DNA of 64,000 nt, taken from a virus (lineage: Duplodnaviria > Heunggongvirae > Uroviricota > Caudoviricetes). Both the position numbers and the translations under genes were made by a program. Below are positions 40,465 to 53,032 of the stretch, one piece after another. Each line of letters starts with the position of its first letter. The first letter of the stretch is position 1. Location: positions 1-64,000 of the IMG/VR virus record IMGVR_UViG_2562617057_000010; one strand, given 5' to 3'. Below the pieces are notes generated by a model that saw nothing but the letters and a program-made list of their open reading frames with translations, was not told where the DNA came from and made no database searches.

Positions 40465-41012
40465 TGCTGGAAGAAACCGAAGCCGCACTGCTGGCGCGCG
40501 TTCGTGAGTTGTTTGGGGCAACCCTGCGGCAGGTGGAACCCCTTACCGGCACATGGACTAACGAGGATGTGCACCGTCTCTTTCTGGCCCCGCCATCGGT
40601 ATTTCTGGCATGGATGGGCTGTGGTGAGGGGCGTACGCGTCGGGAAGTTGAAAGTCGCTGGGCATTTTTTGTCGTGGCGGAGTTGCTGAACGGGGAACAG
40701 GTAAACCGGCCCGGTATTTATCAGATTGTGGAGCGACTGATTGCCGGTGTTAACGGTCAGACGTTTGGCCCGACCACCGGGATGAGACTGACGCAGGTCA
40801 GAAATCTTTGTGACGACAACCGTATCAATGCCGGTGTGGTGCTTTACGGTGTTCTGTTCAGTGGCACTACCCCGCTGCCGTCCGTGGTGGACATGGATTC
40901 GCTGGATGATTACGAGCGCCACTGGCAGACCTGGAAATTCCCGGACGAAACCCCGGAATTTGCCGCACATATCAATGTGAATCAGGAAAAGGATCATGAT
41001 GCTGAAAATTAA
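40464..41012 (+). CDS. Head-tail joining protein (Mu gp37-like)
   Basis: 182 aa. Confidence 0.5.
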   Translation: MLEETEAALLARVRELFGATLRQVEPLTGTWTNEDVHRLFLAPPSVFLAWMGCGEGRTRREVESRWAFFVVAELLNGEQVNRPGIYQIVERLIAGVNGQTFGPTTGMRLTQVRNLCDDNRINAGVVLYGVLFSGTTPLPSVVDMDSLDDYERHWQTWKFPDETPEFAAHINVNQEKDHDAEN

Positions 41013-41202
41013 ACCCGCAGCGGGAAAAGCCATCCGTGACCCGCTCACGATGAAATTACTGGCGTCTGAGGGAGAAGAAAAGCCCCGTAACAGTTTCTGG
41101 ATACGTCGCCTTGCAGCCGGTGATGTGGTTGAAGTCGGGAGCACCGAAAACACGGCGGATGATACCGACACTGCGCCGAAAAAACGGAGTAAATCGAAAT
41201 GA
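40996..41202 (+). CDS. Small structural-region protein
   Basis: 68 aa. Confidence 0.4.
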   Translation: MMLKIKPAAGKAIRDPLTMKLLASEGEEKPRNSFWIRRLAAGDVVEVGSTENTADDTDTAPKKRSKSK

Positions 41203-42686
41203 GCGATATTTCATTTAACGCGATCCCGTCAGATGTTCGCGTTCCTCTGACGTATATCGAATTTGATAACAGTAATGCCGTCAGCGGAACACCGGCACCC
41301 CGTCAGCGCGTGCTGATGTTCGGGCAAAGCGGAAGTAAAGCCAGTGCGGCACCAGACGTGCCTGTCCGTATCCGTTCCGGCTCACAGGCCAGTGCGGCGT
41401 TTGGTCAGGGTTCCATGCTGGCACTGATGGCAGATGCATTCCTGAACGCTAACCGCGTGGCGGAGCTGTGGTGTATCCCGCAGGGGAACGGCACCGGTAA
41501 TGCTGCTGTCGGTGAAATCTCACTGTCCGGAACGGCAGGCGAAAACGGCTCGCTTGTGACTTACATTGCCGGTCAGCGACTGGCGGTATCTGTCGCAGCA
41601 GGTGCAACGGGAGCGGCGCTGGCTGACCTGCTGGTTGCCCGAATCAAAGGCCAGCCGGATTTACCGGTGACGGCAGAAGTTCGCGCAGACAGCGGAGATG
41701 ATGACACCCATGCAGATGTGGTTCTGAGTGCAAAATTTATTGGTGCATTATCTGCCGTGGACGTGCGCTGGAACTATTACGCGGGTGAAACCACCCCTTA
41801 CGGGATTATTACGGCATTCAAAGCCGCCACCGGGAAAAACGGCAACCCGGATATCAGCGCCAGTATCGCGGGGATGGGCGATCTGCAATACAAATACATT
41901 GTGATGCCCTATACCGATGAACCGAACCTGAACCTGTTACGCACGGAATTACAGGAACGCTGGGGACCGGTCAATCAGGCTGATGGCTTTGCCGTGACAG
42001 TGCTGTCCGGCACGTATGGCGATATTTCCACGTTTGGTGTCAGCCGTAATGACCATCTGATCTCCTGTATGGGGATTGCCGGTGCACCGGAACCGTCATA
42101 TCTGTACGCCGCCACACTGTGTGCCGTTGCCAGCCAGGCGCTTTCCATCGACCCGGCACGTCCGCTCCAGACGCTGACGCTGCCCGGCAGGCTACCGCCT
42201 GCGGTGGGCGATCGTTTCACCTGGTCAGAACGTAATGCGCTGCTGTTTGACGGCATCTCCACGTTTAACGTGAATGATGGCGGTGAAATGCAGATTGAAC
42301 GCATGATCACAATGTACCGCACGAACAGGTACGGCGACAGTGACCCGTCTTATCTGAATGTGAACACCATCGCCACGCTGAGTTATCTGCGTTATTCGCT
42401 GCGAACCCGTATCACACAGAAATTCCCGCGCCACAAACTGGCAAGTGATGGCACCCGCTTTGCCACCGGTCAGGCGGTGGTGACACCTTCCGTGATCCGG
42501 ACCGAGTTGCTGGCACTGTTTGAAGAATGGGAAAACGACGGGCTGGTTGAAGACTTCGACACGTTCAAAGAGGAGCTGTATGTCGTGCGTAATACAGCCG
42601 ATCAGGATCGTCTTGATGTGTTGTGCGGCCCGAACCTGATTAACCAGTTCCGCATCTTTGCGGCACAGATCCAGTTCATTCTGTAA
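41199..42686 (+). CDS. L: Tail sheath protein (Mu L-like)
   Basis: 495 aa directly upstream of tube gene. Confidence 0.85.
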   Translation: MSDISFNAIPSDVRVPLTYIEFDNSNAVSGTPAPRQRVLMFGQSGSKASAAPDVPVRIRSGSQASAAFGQGSMLALMADAFLNANRVAELWCIPQGNGTGNAAVGEISLSGTAGENGSLVTYIAGQRLAVSVAAGATGAALADLLVARIKGQPDLPVTAEVRADSGDDDTHADVVLSAKFIGALSAVDVRWNYYAGETTPYGIITAFKAATGKNGNPDISASIAGMGDLQYKYIVMPYTDEPNLNLLRTELQERWGPVNQADGFAVTVLSGTYGDISTFGVSRNDHLISCMGIAGAPEPSYLYAATLCAVASQALSIDPARPLQTLTLPGRLPPAVGDRFTWSERNALLFDGISTFNVNDGGEMQIERMITMYRTNRYGDSDPSYLNVNTIATLSYLRYSLRTRITQKFPRHKLASDGTRFATGQAVVTPSVIRTELLALFEEWENDGLVEDFDTFKEELYVVRNTADQDRLDVLCGPNLINQFRIFAAQIQFIL

Positions 42687-42695
42687 GGAGCATTT

Positions 42696-43052
42696 ATGGC
42701 AGGAAATCAGCGTCAGGGGGTGGCGTACATCCGTGTCAATGGCATGGAGCTTGAATCAATGGAAGGTGCTTCCTTCACGCCGTCCGGCACCACCCGTGAA
42801 GAAGTGACCGGCTCGCGGGTTTACGGCTGGAAAGGGAAACCCCGCGCCGCAAAGCTGGAATGCAAAATTCCGGGCGGTGGTGATATCGGTCTGGATGAAA
42901 TCATCGGCTGGGAAAACATCACGGCAGAGTTTCAGGCAGACACCGGTGAAACCTGGATGATGGCGAATGCCTGGCAGGCAGATGAACCGAAAAACGACGG
43001 CGGCGAAATTTCGCTGGTACTGATGGCAAAACAAAGCAAACGCATTGCATAA
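42696..43052 (+). CDS. M: Tail tube protein (Mu M-like)
   Basis: 118 aa. Confidence 0.8.
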   Translation: MAGNQRQGVAYIRVNGMELESMEGASFTPSGTTREEVTGSRVYGWKGKPRAAKLECKIPGGGDIGLDEIIGWENITAEFQADTGETWMMANAWQADEPKNDGGEISLVLMAKQSKRIA

Positions 43053-43061
43053 GGGGAAACA

Positions 43062-43496
43062 ATGGACGAAATGAATTTAAGTCCTGAAGCACAGGAACTG
43101 CATGACAGCATTGTGGCAGAACTTCAGTCCGGCGGGCTGAAACTGAAAGACGGCCTGCCGTTCGGCACCGGTGACGAGACTGAAATGCAGTATGACGTGA
43201 CGCTGCGTGAACTGACCGCAGGCGATCTGATTGATGCCCAGATGGCGGCTGAAAAAGTGGTAATGAGCAAGGAAGGCCCGGTGCTGGTCAGTTCCCCGTC
43301 CCTGATGGGACTGGAAATGCTGCGCCGTCAGATTGCCGGTGTGGGCTGCCTCAAAGGCCCGTTATCACTGGCGCTGATGCGTAAGCTGTCCGTCGATGAC
43401 TTCCAGCGTCTGTCGCTGGCAGTGGAGCTGCGCGACATGGCGGTGGCGGCATCGCTGACGCAAGAACGGGGGCGAGTGGCTGCGGTGCCGGAATGA
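43062..43496 (+). CDS. Tail assembly chaperone, putative
   Basis: 144 aa between tube and tape measure. Confidence 0.5.
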   Translation: MDEMNLSPEAQELHDSIVAELQSGGLKLKDGLPFGTGDETEMQYDVTLRELTAGDLIDAQMAAEKVVMSKEGPVLVSSPSLMGLEMLRRQIAGVGCLKGPLSLALMRKLSVDDFQRLSLAVELRDMAVAASLTQERGRVAAVPE

Positions 43497-43640
43497 TATT
43501 GAGAAAGCGGCGACAGCGATTGGCATCATTCTGAAAAGTGGCCCGGAATGGGCCTTGTCCCTCCCGCTGTCCCGCTTTTTCCGGCACTGCCAGCAGGCGA
43601 AAACCCTCTCTCAATATCACCGTTAAATCAGGAGATTTCT

Positions 43641-45713
43641 GTGACCGGGAAACGCTTAAAAGCGTCTGTCATTATTGATCTTAATGGCAATCTTTCCCGG
43701 CGTTCCCGCCAGTATTCGAACCAGATAAACGCCCTGTCCCGCAGCGGGCAGAGTTCCCTGCGTGCCCTGCGTATGGAGGTTGTGCGCGTTTCTGGTGCCA
43801 TTGACAGAATGGGTTCTCTGTCAACCCGTACATTCCGAATGCTGTCAGCCGGGGCGCTGGGTATCGCTGGCGTGGGTTACACCGCCAATAAACTGTTTAT
43901 TGGTGCAGCCGCCCAGCGTGAGCAGCAGATTATCGCCATGAACTCGCTCTATCACGGCGATAAGGCCAGAGCACAGGCCATGATGGCGTGGGCGAAGCAG
44001 AACGCAAAAGAAACCACCTGGGGGCTGGGTGGTGTTCTGCAGGAGATCCGCACATCAACTGCGTTTGGCATGACTGATGCCCAGGTAAAACAGTTCATCA
44101 CCATGCTACAGAACCAGGGCGCGATGCATGGCTGGGATTTACCCACTGCACAGGGGGCTTCGTTACAGTTCAAACAGATGTTTGCCCGTCAGCAAATCAC
44201 GGCGGCGGATGCCAACCTGCTGACCGGTTACGGTATCAACGTTTACAAGGTGCTGGCAGATGCAACGGGTGAGGATGAGAAAAAAATCCGTAAGCTGGGT
44301 GAAAAAGGCAAACTGGGCCTGAAATCCATCCTGACGGTGTTCAGAATCTTACTGGAACAGTCAAAAGGCGCACAGGCGGCGGCCATGAACTCCTGGGACG
44401 GGATGATGGCCCAGATGGAGGGCAATCTGCTTGAGTTTCGTACAAAGGTGGCAAACAGCGGCCCCTTTGAAGAAATCAAGAACGAGATGCGCCGGGTACT
44501 TAACTGGCACGACATGGCGGATAAATCCGGGGAACTTGACGCACTGGCAGAAAACATTGGTCAGAAATTTCTGACCACGTTCAGAACGGTAAAAATCGCG
44601 GCGCAGGAATTATGGCGCTGGCTGAAACCGGGTAAAGATGCGCTGGCATGGGTTGACCAGAATATTGCCAGCCTGAAAAAACTGGCTGCTGTTCTGGTGT
44701 CTGTCTGGCTTGCCAATAAAGCCCTGAGAGCAGGCTGGGCCGTGGCAAAACCTTCGTGGCAGGTTGCCAGTTACCCGTTTAAAACCGGGCGTCGTATGTG
44801 GCGCTGGATGCGGAACCGCAAACGTGGGCGGGCAGGTCTGCCGGTGCCGGATGCCATGACGTCTGAGACGCTGTTGCAGGGCACCGGCATTCAGCGTGTG
44901 TTTGTCATCAACTGGCCCCGTGGATTTGGTGGCTACGGGAGTGGCGGCGGTCGTCGCGGACGGAGCGGCGGAAGAATGGCCCCGCTGTTACCCCGCCAGC
45001 CGTTATTGCTGTCCGGGCCACAGCCGCTGGCATTACCTGCACCACGCCCTGTACTGGCATTACCCCCACCCGGCGTACCGGTAACGGCACGGCCTGCACC
45101 ATTACCTTTACCCGGTAAATCCGGTCTTCTGAGCAGGCTTGCAGGCAGTGCTGCCGGGCAACTGGTTACGGGAACGGTCGGAAAGCTGGCTGATGCCGGG
45201 CGTGCTGTTGGCGGGTGGTTTTCCGGTATCGGAAACAAACTTGCAGGCAGTGCGATCGGTCGGGTTGTGACAAAAGGTGCCGGGGCGCTGGGCTGGATGG
45301 GGAAAGGTGCCGGTCGTGCGTTGTCATGTCTGGGTGGCCCGGTAATGGGGGCACTCCAGCTTGCCCCCGTCCTGATGGATGAGCAGGCGTCAACCCATGA
45401 AAAAGCAGGCGCAATTGGCAGTACAGCCGGTGCATGGCTCGGCGGTGCCGTTGGCAGCCTTGCCGGACCGCTGGGTACGGTTGCCGGTGCCACGCTGGGC
45501 AGTGTCGCCGGGGAGTATCTGGGCGGTTTTGTAACCGACCTGTATCAGAAATGGACGGCCCCGGATAAGGAACCGCAGGAACAAAAAGTGAATGCGGAAG
45601 CCTCGCTGCGCGTCGAACTTGGCGAGGGGTTACGCCTGACCAGTTCCCGTGTCACCGAGGATGGTATGGGGCTGAATATTTACGCGGGCGATAACTACAT
45701 TACGGGCTGGTAA
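43641..45713 (+). CDS. Tail tape measure protein
   Basis: about 690 aa from GTG 43641 (AGGAG SD); Gly/Pro-rich repetitive segment. Confidence 0.8.
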   Translation: MTGKRLKASVIIDLNGNLSRRSRQYSNQINALSRSGQSSLRALRMEVVRVSGAIDRMGSLSTRTFRMLSAGALGIAGVGYTANKLFIGAAAQREQQIIAMNSLYHGDKARAQAMMAWAKQNAKETTWGLGGVLQEIRTSTAFGMTDAQVKQFITMLQNQGAMHGWDLPTAQGASLQFKQMFARQQITAADANLLTGYGINVYKVLADATGEDEKKIRKLGEKGKLGLKSILTVFRILLEQSKGAQAAAMNSWDGMMAQMEGNLLEFRTKVANSGPFEEIKNEMRRVLNWHDMADKSGELDALAENIGQKFLTTFRTVKIAAQELWRWLKPGKDALAWVDQNIASLKKLAAVLVSVWLANKALRAGWAVAKPSWQVASYPFKTGRRMWRWMRNRKRGRAGLPVPDAMTSETLLQGTGIQRVFVINWPRGFGGYGSGGGRRGRSGGRMAPLLPRQPLLLSGPQPLALPAPRPVLALPPPGVPVTARPAPLPLPGKSGLLSRLAGSAAGQLVTGTVGKLADAGRAVGGWFSGIGNKLAGSAIGRVVTKGAGALGWMGKGAGRALSCLGGPVMGALQLAPVLMDEQASTHEKAGAIGSTAGAWLGGAVGSLAGPLGTVAGATLGSVAGEYLGGFVTDLYQKWTAPDKEPQEQKVNAEASLRVELGEGLRLTSSRVTEDGMGLNIYAGDNYITGW

Positions 45714-45717
45714 AACC

Positions 45718-47205
45718 ATGTTTGAAGATGCTTTAAATGCCGTTAATGCTGTCCGGGATAAAACCGGTGGAGGCAGGAAAACAACCGGCAAAGGCACGTT
45801 CCGTAACGTGCCGTTTCTCGTCATCGAGGAGCAAAAACAGGCTGGCGGACGTCGCCTGGTTAAACGCGAGTACCCGTTACGTGATACCGGCGGCGTCAAT
45901 GACCTGGGGAAAAAGCTTCGCTCCCGTACATTCAGCGCCTGCATTCTGAACAGTAACGCAGAAACAGCCAGAGATGAAGCGGATGCGCTGATGGATGCTC
46001 TTGATGCTCCGGGCAGCGGTGAGCTGGTACATCCTGATTTCGGCACTGTGGACGTCATGGTGGATTCATGGGAATGCCGCACTAAAGCGGATGAACTGAA
46101 TTATTACGCGTTCACCGTTACCGTTTATCCGTCGTTGCAGGATACTGCCCCGGACGCAGAAACAGACACCAGTGCAGCCGTACCGGCACAGGCTGTTGCT
46201 GTAACCGGTTCTCTGGGGGATACGCTGTCCTCTGTCTGGCAGACCGTAAAAGATGGCACTGCGGCGGCAACCGCCGTGATGGAAGCTGTAACCGGTGTCA
46301 TCGATGATATCAGTGATGCGGTGGACAATCTGGGGGTTACGCAGACTGTCAGCGGTCTGATGGGATCGCTTTCTGCGATGAAAGGCTCTGTGACCAGCCT
46401 GATTAACCAGCCTGCCATGCTGGCCTCCTCGCTGATGGGGGCGCTGTCCGGCGTTTCATCGTTATGCGATACCCGGACAGCATTTTCCACATGGAACCGT
46501 CTGGCGCAGCGATTCGAACGTCGCCATGCCGCCACCGCAGGCAGACAGGGGGCAATCACAACCTCGTACAACAGTCCGGTTGCAGAAAAAAATATTGCCA
46601 CACTGAACTACGTCATGCTGGCAGCGGCGCAGACATACCGGGCAGAAGCTGCCAGCCAGGCACTGACTGCGGCACTGGATTTCAGTCGCCGGATGGATAA
46701 TGCCGCCCGTACACCTGTACTGGATGCCCCGTCCACCACAACCGGCACAGCCAGCGGGGCCAGCAGCACATCTGCTACCGTCACACAGGGACAGTTACAG
46801 TTAACTACCATAACCCCGAACGGCGGCTTTTCACAGGTATCCTTTTCAGACAGTGGTACAGCCACGCCCCCGGTATTTGAAAGTGTGTCCGATATCGGAA
46901 AAACAGCCGCCATGCTGGGGGCTGCACTGGATACCGTCATTCTGACGGCATCTGAGCAGGGCTTTTCGACAGACAGCGTTCAGCTTACGCAACTGCGTCT
47001 GCTGGTTGTTGCCGATCTGGAAAAACGCGGGCTGCAACTGGCGGGCAGTGAAACGCACCGCCTGCCGGAGACGATGCCTGCAATGGTGGCCCTGTACCGT
47101 TACACAGGAAACAGCCGGAACTGGCAACGGCTGGCCCGCAGGAACGGTATCAGCAACCCGTTGTTTGTTCCCGGTGGCGTCAGTATTGAGGTGATTAATG
47201 AGTAA
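45718..47205 (+). CDS. N: DNA circularisation protein (Mu N-like)
   Basis: 495 aa after tape measure. Confidence 0.75.
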   Translation: MFEDALNAVNAVRDKTGGGRKTTGKGTFRNVPFLVIEEQKQAGGRRLVKREYPLRDTGGVNDLGKKLRSRTFSACILNSNAETARDEADALMDALDAPGSGELVHPDFGTVDVMVDSWECRTKADELNYYAFTVTVYPSLQDTAPDAETDTSAAVPAQAVAVTGSLGDTLSSVWQTVKDGTAAATAVMEAVTGVIDDISDAVDNLGVTQTVSGLMGSLSAMKGSVTSLINQPAMLASSLMGALSGVSSLCDTRTAFSTWNRLAQRFERRHAATAGRQGAITTSYNSPVAEKNIATLNYVMLAAAQTYRAEAASQALTAALDFSRRMDNAARTPVLDAPSTTTGTASGASSTSATVTQGQLQLTTITPNGGFSQVSFSDSGTATPPVFESVSDIGKTAAMLGAALDTVILTASEQGFSTDSVQLTQLRLLVVADLEKRGLQLAGSETHRLPETMPAMVALYRYTGNSRNWQRLARRNGISNPLFVPGGVSIEVINE

Positions 47206-48331
47206 TACCGTCACGCTGCGAACGGATGGCAGGCTTTTTACCGGCTGGACGTCAGTCTCTGTCACCCGCTCGATTGAATCCGTAGCCGGATATTTTGAGC
47301 TGGGGGTGAACGTGCCACCGGATACGGATTTATCCGGGCTGGCACCGGGGAAGGCGTTCACGCTGGAAATCGAGGGGCAGATTGTCTGCACCGGTTATAT
47401 CGATTCACGGCGACGCCAGATGACCGCTGACAGTATAAAAATCACTGTCGCCGGACGTGACAAAACGGCTGACCTGATTGACTGTGCTGCCGTTTACAGT
47501 GGCGGACAGTGGAAAAACCGCACACTGGAGCAGATTGCGCGTGACCTGTGCGCCCCTTATGGCGTTACCGTTCGCTGGGAGCTTTCCGATAAGGAAAGTT
47601 CGGCAGTTTTTCCCGGCTTCACGCTGGACCATTCAGAAACCGTTTATGAGGCGCTGGTGCGCGCCTCCCGCGCACGCGGTGTACTGATGACCAGCAATGC
47701 CGCCGGAGAGCTGGTATTCAGCCGGGCTGCCAGCACAGCCACTGATGAGCTGGTTCTCGGAGAAAATCTGCTGACACTGGATTTTGATGAAGATTTCCGC
47801 GACCGGTTCAGCGAATACATTGTTAAGGGATATGCACGCGCGAACGGCGCTGACGGGGATGATATTGATGCGGAAAGTATTGTCTCCCGGAAAGGAACCG
47901 CCACTGACAGTGATGTGACCCGTTACAGACCGATGATCATCATTGCTGACAGCAAAATTACGGCGAAGGATGCACAGGCCCGCGCCCTGCGTGAGCAACG
48001 CCGCAGACTGGCAAAATCCATCACTTTTGAGGCAGAAATTGACGGATGGACACGCAGGGACGGGCAACTCTGGATGCCGAATCTGCTGGTCACTATTGAT
48101 GCCTCGAAATATGCCATCAAAACCACGGAATTACTGGTCAGCAAAGTCACCCTGATACTGAATGACCAGGACGGGCTGAAAACCCGCGTCAGCCTTGCAC
48201 CACGCGAAGGCTTTCTGGTGCCGGTTGAAAGCGACCGCAAATCCAGAGGGGATGGTAATGATGGCGTTGATGATCTGGTTGAGGCTTATTTCCGCAGACA
48301 CCCGGAGAAAACACCACCATGGAAAGAGTAA
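47198..48331 (+). CDS. P: Baseplate hub protein (Mu P/gp44-like)
   Basis: 377 aa. Confidence 0.75.
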   Translation: MSNTVTLRTDGRLFTGWTSVSVTRSIESVAGYFELGVNVPPDTDLSGLAPGKAFTLEIEGQIVCTGYIDSRRRQMTADSIKITVAGRDKTADLIDCAAVYSGGQWKNRTLEQIARDLCAPYGVTVRWELSDKESSAVFPGFTLDHSETVYEALVRASRARGVLMTSNAAGELVFSRAASTATDELVLGENLLTLDFDEDFRDRFSEYIVKGYARANGADGDDIDAESIVSRKGTATDSDVTRYRPMIIIADSKITAKDAQARALREQRRRLAKSITFEAEIDGWTRRDGQLWMPNLLVTIDASKYAIKTTELLVSKVTLILNDQDGLKTRVSLAPREGFLVPVESDRKSRGDGNDGVDDLVEAYFRRHPEKTPPWKE

Positions 48332-48912
48332 ATGATTCCGCCCTGAACCGCCTGCTGATGCCGTTGATGCGTCGTGTACGGCTGATGGTGGCCCGCGCCG
48401 TTGTTAACGTGATTCACGACGGGCGAAAGGTTCAGAACCTGCAGGTCGGTCTGCTGGATGATGAGGAATCTGATGATGTGGAGCGCCTGCAAAATTACGG
48501 GCATTTCAGCGTTCCCCTGCCGGGCGCAGAAGCGCTGATTGCCTGTGTGGGCGCACAACGTGATCAGGGGATTGCCGTTGTGGTGGAAGACCGCCGCTAC
48601 CGCCCGACAAATCTTGAACCGGGAGATGCAGGCATTTACCACCACGAGGGGCATCGTATCAGGCTGACAAAGGACGGACGCTGCATCATTACCTGTAAAA
48701 CGGTTGAGGTTTACGCTGATGAAAGTATGACCGTTGACACCCCGAAAACCACGTTTACCGGCGATGTTGAAATTCTGAAAGGCCTCAGCGTTAAAGGTGA
48801 AAGTGACTTTGCAGGCAATATCAGCGCCCCGGATGCCATCATCAATGGCAAATCGACGGATAAGCATATCCACCGTGGCGACAGCGGCGGAACCACGGGG
48901 CCGATGCAATGA
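48319..48912 (+). CDS. Baseplate spike protein (gpV/gp45-like)
   Basis: 197 aa, C-terminal HRGDSGGTTGP spike-apex motif. Confidence 0.8.
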   Translation: MERVNDSALNRLLMPLMRRVRLMVARAVVNVIHDGRKVQNLQVGLLDDEESDDVERLQNYGHFSVPLPGAEALIACVGAQRDQGIAVVVEDRRYRPTNLEPGDAGIYHHEGHRIRLTKDGRCIITCKTVEVYADESMTVDTPKTTFTGDVEILKGLSVKGESDFAGNISAPDAIINGKSTDKHIHRGDSGGTTGPMQ

Positions 48913-49346
48913 CCGATTTAGCCATTATCTGGACGAACGGACGCGGCGATATTGCACAGGATGGCATTGATATGCTGACCGACGACAGCCTGACAACCGA
49001 TGTGACAATCTCCCTGTTTACCGACCGGCGCGCGCTGGATTCTGACACCCTGCCGGATGGTTCAGATGATCGCCGTGGATGGTGGGGTGACAGTTACCGC
49101 GACCGCCCCATCGGTTCGCGGTTGTGGCTGTTATCACGTGAAAAAGCCACACCGGATACGCTGGAACGCGCCAGAGGGTATGCCGAAGAGGCGCTGGAAT
49201 GGCTGAAAACAGCGGGCCGGGTAAGTGCGGTTAACGTCAGAGCGGAACAGTTACATCAGGGCTGGTTATACCTCTACATTGCACTGACATTACCGGATGG
49301 TTCCGTTATTCCTTATGAGTTTAAAGCAGCATTTAACGGGGTTTAA
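48909..49346 (+). CDS. Baseplate wedge protein (gpW/gp25-like)
   Basis: 145 aa. Confidence 0.7.
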   Translation: MTDLAIIWTNGRGDIAQDGIDMLTDDSLTTDVTISLFTDRRALDSDTLPDGSDDRRGWWGDSYRDRPIGSRLWLLSREKATPDTLERARGYAEEALEWLKTAGRVSAVNVRAEQLHQGWLYLYIALTLPDGSVIPYEFKAAFNGV

Positions 49347-50429
49347 ATGGCTTATTCACCACCGACATTATCATCGCTGATTGCCCGTACAGAACAGAAT
49401 ATTGAACAGCGCCTGCCGGGTAGCTGGCCTCAGGCCCGTGAAAAAACGCTGAGTGCCATTGCTTATGCTCAGGCGGGCCTTGCTGCCGGTTGTTACGAGC
49501 ATATTTCATGGGTTGGACGGCAGATTATCCCGTCGACAGCAGATGAAGATGAGTTGCTGGAGCACTGCCGGTTCTGGGGCGTGCGCCGCAAACAGGCGAC
49601 AGCCGCCAGCGGCCCGCTGACTGTCACCACATCGGCAGCGACCACCATTCCTGCCGGTACACGCTGGCAGCGTGCTGATGGTGTGGTTTACAGCCTGGCT
49701 GATGCCATTGTGATTGACCGTGCAGGAACGACGGAAATTACCGTTACCGCACTGGCTGCCGGTGAGGCAGGAAATACCGGTGAGAATACCCTTTTAACGT
49801 TGATTACTCCGGTTGCCTGTGTTGTTTCCGATGCCATCACTGTAAAAGGGTTTTCCGGTGGAGCTGATATTGAGAGTGCAGCGGAGCTGCTGTCACGGCT
49901 GGAATATCGTGTCCAGTATCCTCCGTTCGGCGGTAATCAGTTTGATTATGTTCGCTGGGCGCGTGAAGTCAGCGGCGTTACCCGTGCCTGGTGTTTTCCG
50001 ACATGGAAAGGCGGTGGCACAGTCGGGGTGACGTTTGTTATGGATAACCGGAGCAATATTTTTCCACAACCGGCAGATGTGGAACGTGTGGCGGATTATA
50101 TCGCCGGTCATACTGACCCGATAACCGGCCTGATTGTCGGGCAGCCTGATGGTGTAAATGTCACGGTATTTGCGCCAGAGTCAAAGCCGGTAAATCCACG
50201 GATTTATATATCACCGAAGACTGCCGAACTGAAACAGGCCATTACCCACGCCATTAATACCATGTTTTTTAATGAGGTGACGCCGGGCGGTGCACTTGCC
50301 CCCTCCCGTATTATCCGTGCGGTGGCAGGTGTTACCGGTCTGGATGATTTTGAAGTGCGTTTCCCGACAGAGATCCAGCGTTCGGAGAATACGGAACTGT
50401 TAACACCGGGGACAATTGAATGGCTGTAA
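49347..50429 (+). CDS. Baseplate J-like protein
   Basis: 360 aa. Confidence 0.8.
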   Translation: MAYSPPTLSSLIARTEQNIEQRLPGSWPQAREKTLSAIAYAQAGLAAGCYEHISWVGRQIIPSTADEDELLEHCRFWGVRRKQATAASGPLTVTTSAATTIPAGTRWQRADGVVYSLADAIVIDRAGTTEITVTALAAGEAGNTGENTLLTLITPVACVVSDAITVKGFSGGADIESAAELLSRLEYRVQYPPFGGNQFDYVRWAREVSGVTRAWCFPTWKGGGTVGVTFVMDNRSNIFPQPADVERVADYIAGHTDPITGLIVGQPDGVNVTVFAPESKPVNPRIYISPKTAELKQAITHAINTMFFNEVTPGGALAPSRIIRAVAGVTGLDDFEVRFPTEIQRSENTELLTPGTIEWL

Positions 50430-50962
50430 CACCCTGGCAGACGGCCTTTCTGCAATTACTGCCGTCAGGGCTTGCCTGGAATAAAAGCCCCGACAGCAAA
50501 TTATCTGCGCTGGCGCAGGCCATCAGCGACGTGATTGCCACTGCGGCGGATGATGCGCGGCAAATACTGCGGGAGCGTTTCCCGTCCACATCCCGCTGGT
50601 ATCTGGGTGAGTGGGAATCACTTCTGGGGTTGCCGGACTGTACAAGCGAAAACGGCACCCTGTCCGAACGCCAGCGGGCTGCCGCGAATAAAATGCGTAT
50701 GACCGGCAATCTGAGTCGGCGCTTTTATGAATGGCTGGCTGCGCAGTACGGTTTTACCGTCAGGCTGACGGATTCCACAGAAGGCCAGTGGGTTACGCAG
50801 GTCAATATTTACGGTATTAAAAATTATCGCAACGCAACGGTGCTGGATAATGTTCTGACGCCGTTACGTGTTTATGAATCGGGTGCGCTGGAATGTTTAC
50901 TGGAGAAATATAAACCCGCGCATCAGATTTATAAATTTGTTTACCATGACGGAGATAACTAA
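50420..50962 (+). CDS. Baseplate protein (gpI/gp48-like)
   Basis: 180 aa. Confidence 0.7.
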   Translation: MAVTPWQTAFLQLLPSGLAWNKSPDSKLSALAQAISDVIATAADDARQILRERFPSTSRWYLGEWESLLGLPDCTSENGTLSERQRAAANKMRMTGNLSRRFYEWLAAQYGFTVRLTDSTEGQWVTQVNIYGIKNYRNATVLDNVLTPLRVYESGALECLLEKYKPAHQIYKFVYHDGDN

Positions 50963-52473
50963 TGTTTTATATTGATAACGACAGCGGCGTAACCGTCATG
51001 CCGCCCGTATCCGCCCAGCGTAGTGCTATCGTTCGCTGGTTTTCAGAAGGTGACGGGAATAATGTTATCACATGGCCCGGCATGGACTGGTTTAATATTG
51101 TGCAGGCGGAGTTATTAAACACGCTGGAAGAAGCCGGTATTCAACCGGATAAAACAAAATTAAACCAGCTTGCACTGTCCATTAAAGCCATTATGAGCAA
51201 TAACGCGCTGCTGATAAAAAATAACCTCAGCGAAATTAAAACTGCCGGGGCATCAGCACAGCGTACAGCACGTGAAAATCTGGATATCTATGATGCCAGC
51301 CTGAACAAAAAAGGACTCGTTCAGCTAACCAGTGCCACTGACAGCCCCAGTGAAACGCTGGCAGCCACCGCAAAAGCGGTGAAAATTGCGATGGATAATG
51401 CCAGTGCCCGTCTGGCAAAAGACCGGAACGGAGCAGATATTCCCAATAAGCCGCTGTTTATCCAAAACGTCGGTTTACAGGAAACGGTAAACCGGGCCAG
51501 GAACGCTGTGCAAAAAAATGGCGATACCTTGTCCGGCGGACTTACTTTTGAAAACAACTCAATCCTTGCCTGGATTCGGAATACTGACTGGGCAAAGATT
51601 GGTTTTAAAAATGATGCCGACAGCGATACTGATTCCTACATGTGGTTTGAAACAGGCGACAACGGCAATGAATATTTCAAATGGAGACACCGCATCATTG
51701 GCACCCGGCCTAAAGACCTGATGAATCTTAAATGGAATGCTTTGTCTGTTCTTGTTAAAGCCCTTTTCAGCAGTGAAGTGAAAATATCGACAGTCAATGC
51801 ACTGAGGATATTTAATTCATCTTTTGGTGCCATTTTTCGCCGTTCTGAAGAATGCCTGCATATCATCCCTACACGAGAGAATGAGGGAGAAAATGGTAAT
51901 ATAGGGCCATTACGCCCCTTTACGCTTAATCTCAGAACTGGCCGGATAAGCATGGGGCATGGTCTGGTTGTTACAGGAGATATATTTGCAAACCGTTTTG
52001 CAATTAACAGTAGTACCGGCATGTGGATTCATATGCGTGACCAGAATGTTATTCTGGGCCGTAATGCGGTATCCAACGATGGTGCGCAGGCATTGCTTCG
52101 CCAGGACCATACCGACCGTAAATTCGTAATTGGTGGGCTGGGGAATAAGCAATTTGGCATCTACATGATTAATAACTCAAGGACAGCCAATGGCACCGAT
52201 GGTCAGGCGTACATGGATAATAACGGTAACTGGCTTTGTGGTGCGCAAGTTATTCCCGGCAACTATGGCAATTTTGATTCCAGATATGTGAAAGATGTTC
52301 GACTTGGTACTCGTGTTGTTCAGGTCATGCAAAGAGGCGTGATGTATGAAAAATCAGGTCATGTAATAACAGGGCTTGGCATTATTGGCTCTGTTGATGG
52401 TGATGACCCAGCAGTATTCAGACCAATACAAAAATACATCAATGGCACATGGTATAACGTCGCACAGGTATAA
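50962..52473 (+). CDS. S: Tail fibre protein S (constant plus variable part)
   Basis: 503 aa, C-terminal [11 protein letters not shown]; contains gix-like site at 51458-51483. Confidence 0.85.
   Translation: MFYIDNDSGVTVMPPVSAQRSAIVRWFSEGDGNNVITWPGMDWFNIVQAELLNTLEEAGIQPDKTKLNQLALSIKAIMSNNALLIKNNLSEIKTAGASAQRTARENLDIYDASLNKKGLVQLTSATDSPSETLAATAKAVKIAMDNASARLAKDRNGADIPNKPLFIQNVGLQETVNRARNAVQKNGDTLSGGLTFENNSILAWIRNTDWAKIGFKNDADSDTDSYMWFETGDNGNEYFKWRHRIIGTRPKDLMNLKWNALSVLVKALFSSEVKISTVNALRIFNSSFGAIFRRSEECLHIIPTRENEGENGNIGPLRPFTLNLRTGRISMGHGLVVTGDIFANRFAINSSTGMWIHMRDQNVILGRNAVSNDGAQALLRQDHTDRKFVIGGLGNKQFGIYMINNSRTANGTDGQAYMDNNGNWLCGAQVIPGNYGNFDSRYVKDVRLGTRVVQVMQRGVMYEKSGHVITGLGIIGSVDGDDPAVFRPIQKYINGTWYNVAQV
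51458..51483. other. gix/hix-type invertase crossover site
   Basis: TTATCCAAAACGTCGGTTTACAGGAA, one mismatch from the recalled Mu gix sequence. Confidence 0.65.
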
Positions 52474-52476
52474 ATC

Positions 52477-53004
52477 ATGCAGCATTTAAAAAACATCAGG
52501 TCAGGAAACCCAAAGATAAAAGAGCAATACCAATTAACAAAGAATTTTGACGTAATCTGGTTGTGGACAGAAGACGGAAAAAACTGGTATGAGGAAGTGA
52601 AGAACTTTCAGCCAGATACAATAAAGATTGTTTACGATGAAAATAATATTATTGTCGCCATCACTAAAGATGCCTCCACGCTTAATCCTGAAGGCTTTAG
52701 CGTCGTTGAGGTCCCCGATATAACAGCAAATCGTCGTGCCGATGATTCCGGGAAGTGGATGTTTAAGGACGGAGCTGTGGTTAAGCGGATTTATACGGCA
52801 GACGAACAGCAGCAACAGGCCGAATCACAAAAGGCCGCATTGCTTTCCGAAGCTGAATCAGTCATCCAGCCGCTGGAGCGCTCTGTCAGGCTGAATATGG
52901 CGACGGATGAGGAACGCGCACGACTGGAGTCATGGGAACACTATAGTGTTCTGGTCAGCCGTGTGGATACGGCAAATCCTGAATGGCCACAAAAGCCTGA
53001 ATAA
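52477..53004 (+). CDS. U: Tail fibre assembly protein U
   Basis: 175 aa. Confidence 0.85.
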   Translation: MQHLKNIRSGNPKIKEQYQLTKNFDVIWLWTEDGKNWYEEVKNFQPDTIKIVYDENNIIVAITKDASTLNPEGFSVVEVPDITANRRADDSGKWMFKDGAVVKRIYTADEQQQQAESQKAALLSEAESVIQPLERSVRLNMATDEERARLESWEHYSVLVSRVDTANPEWPQKPE

Positions 53005-53032
53005 AAATTAAGGCCCGATAGCGGGCCTTGTT

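Noticed and set aside
44933-45493. 186-aa Pro/Ala-rich minus-strand ORF
   Set aside because: Antisense to the repetitive Gly/Pro-rich segment of the Mu-like tape measure; compositional artefact.
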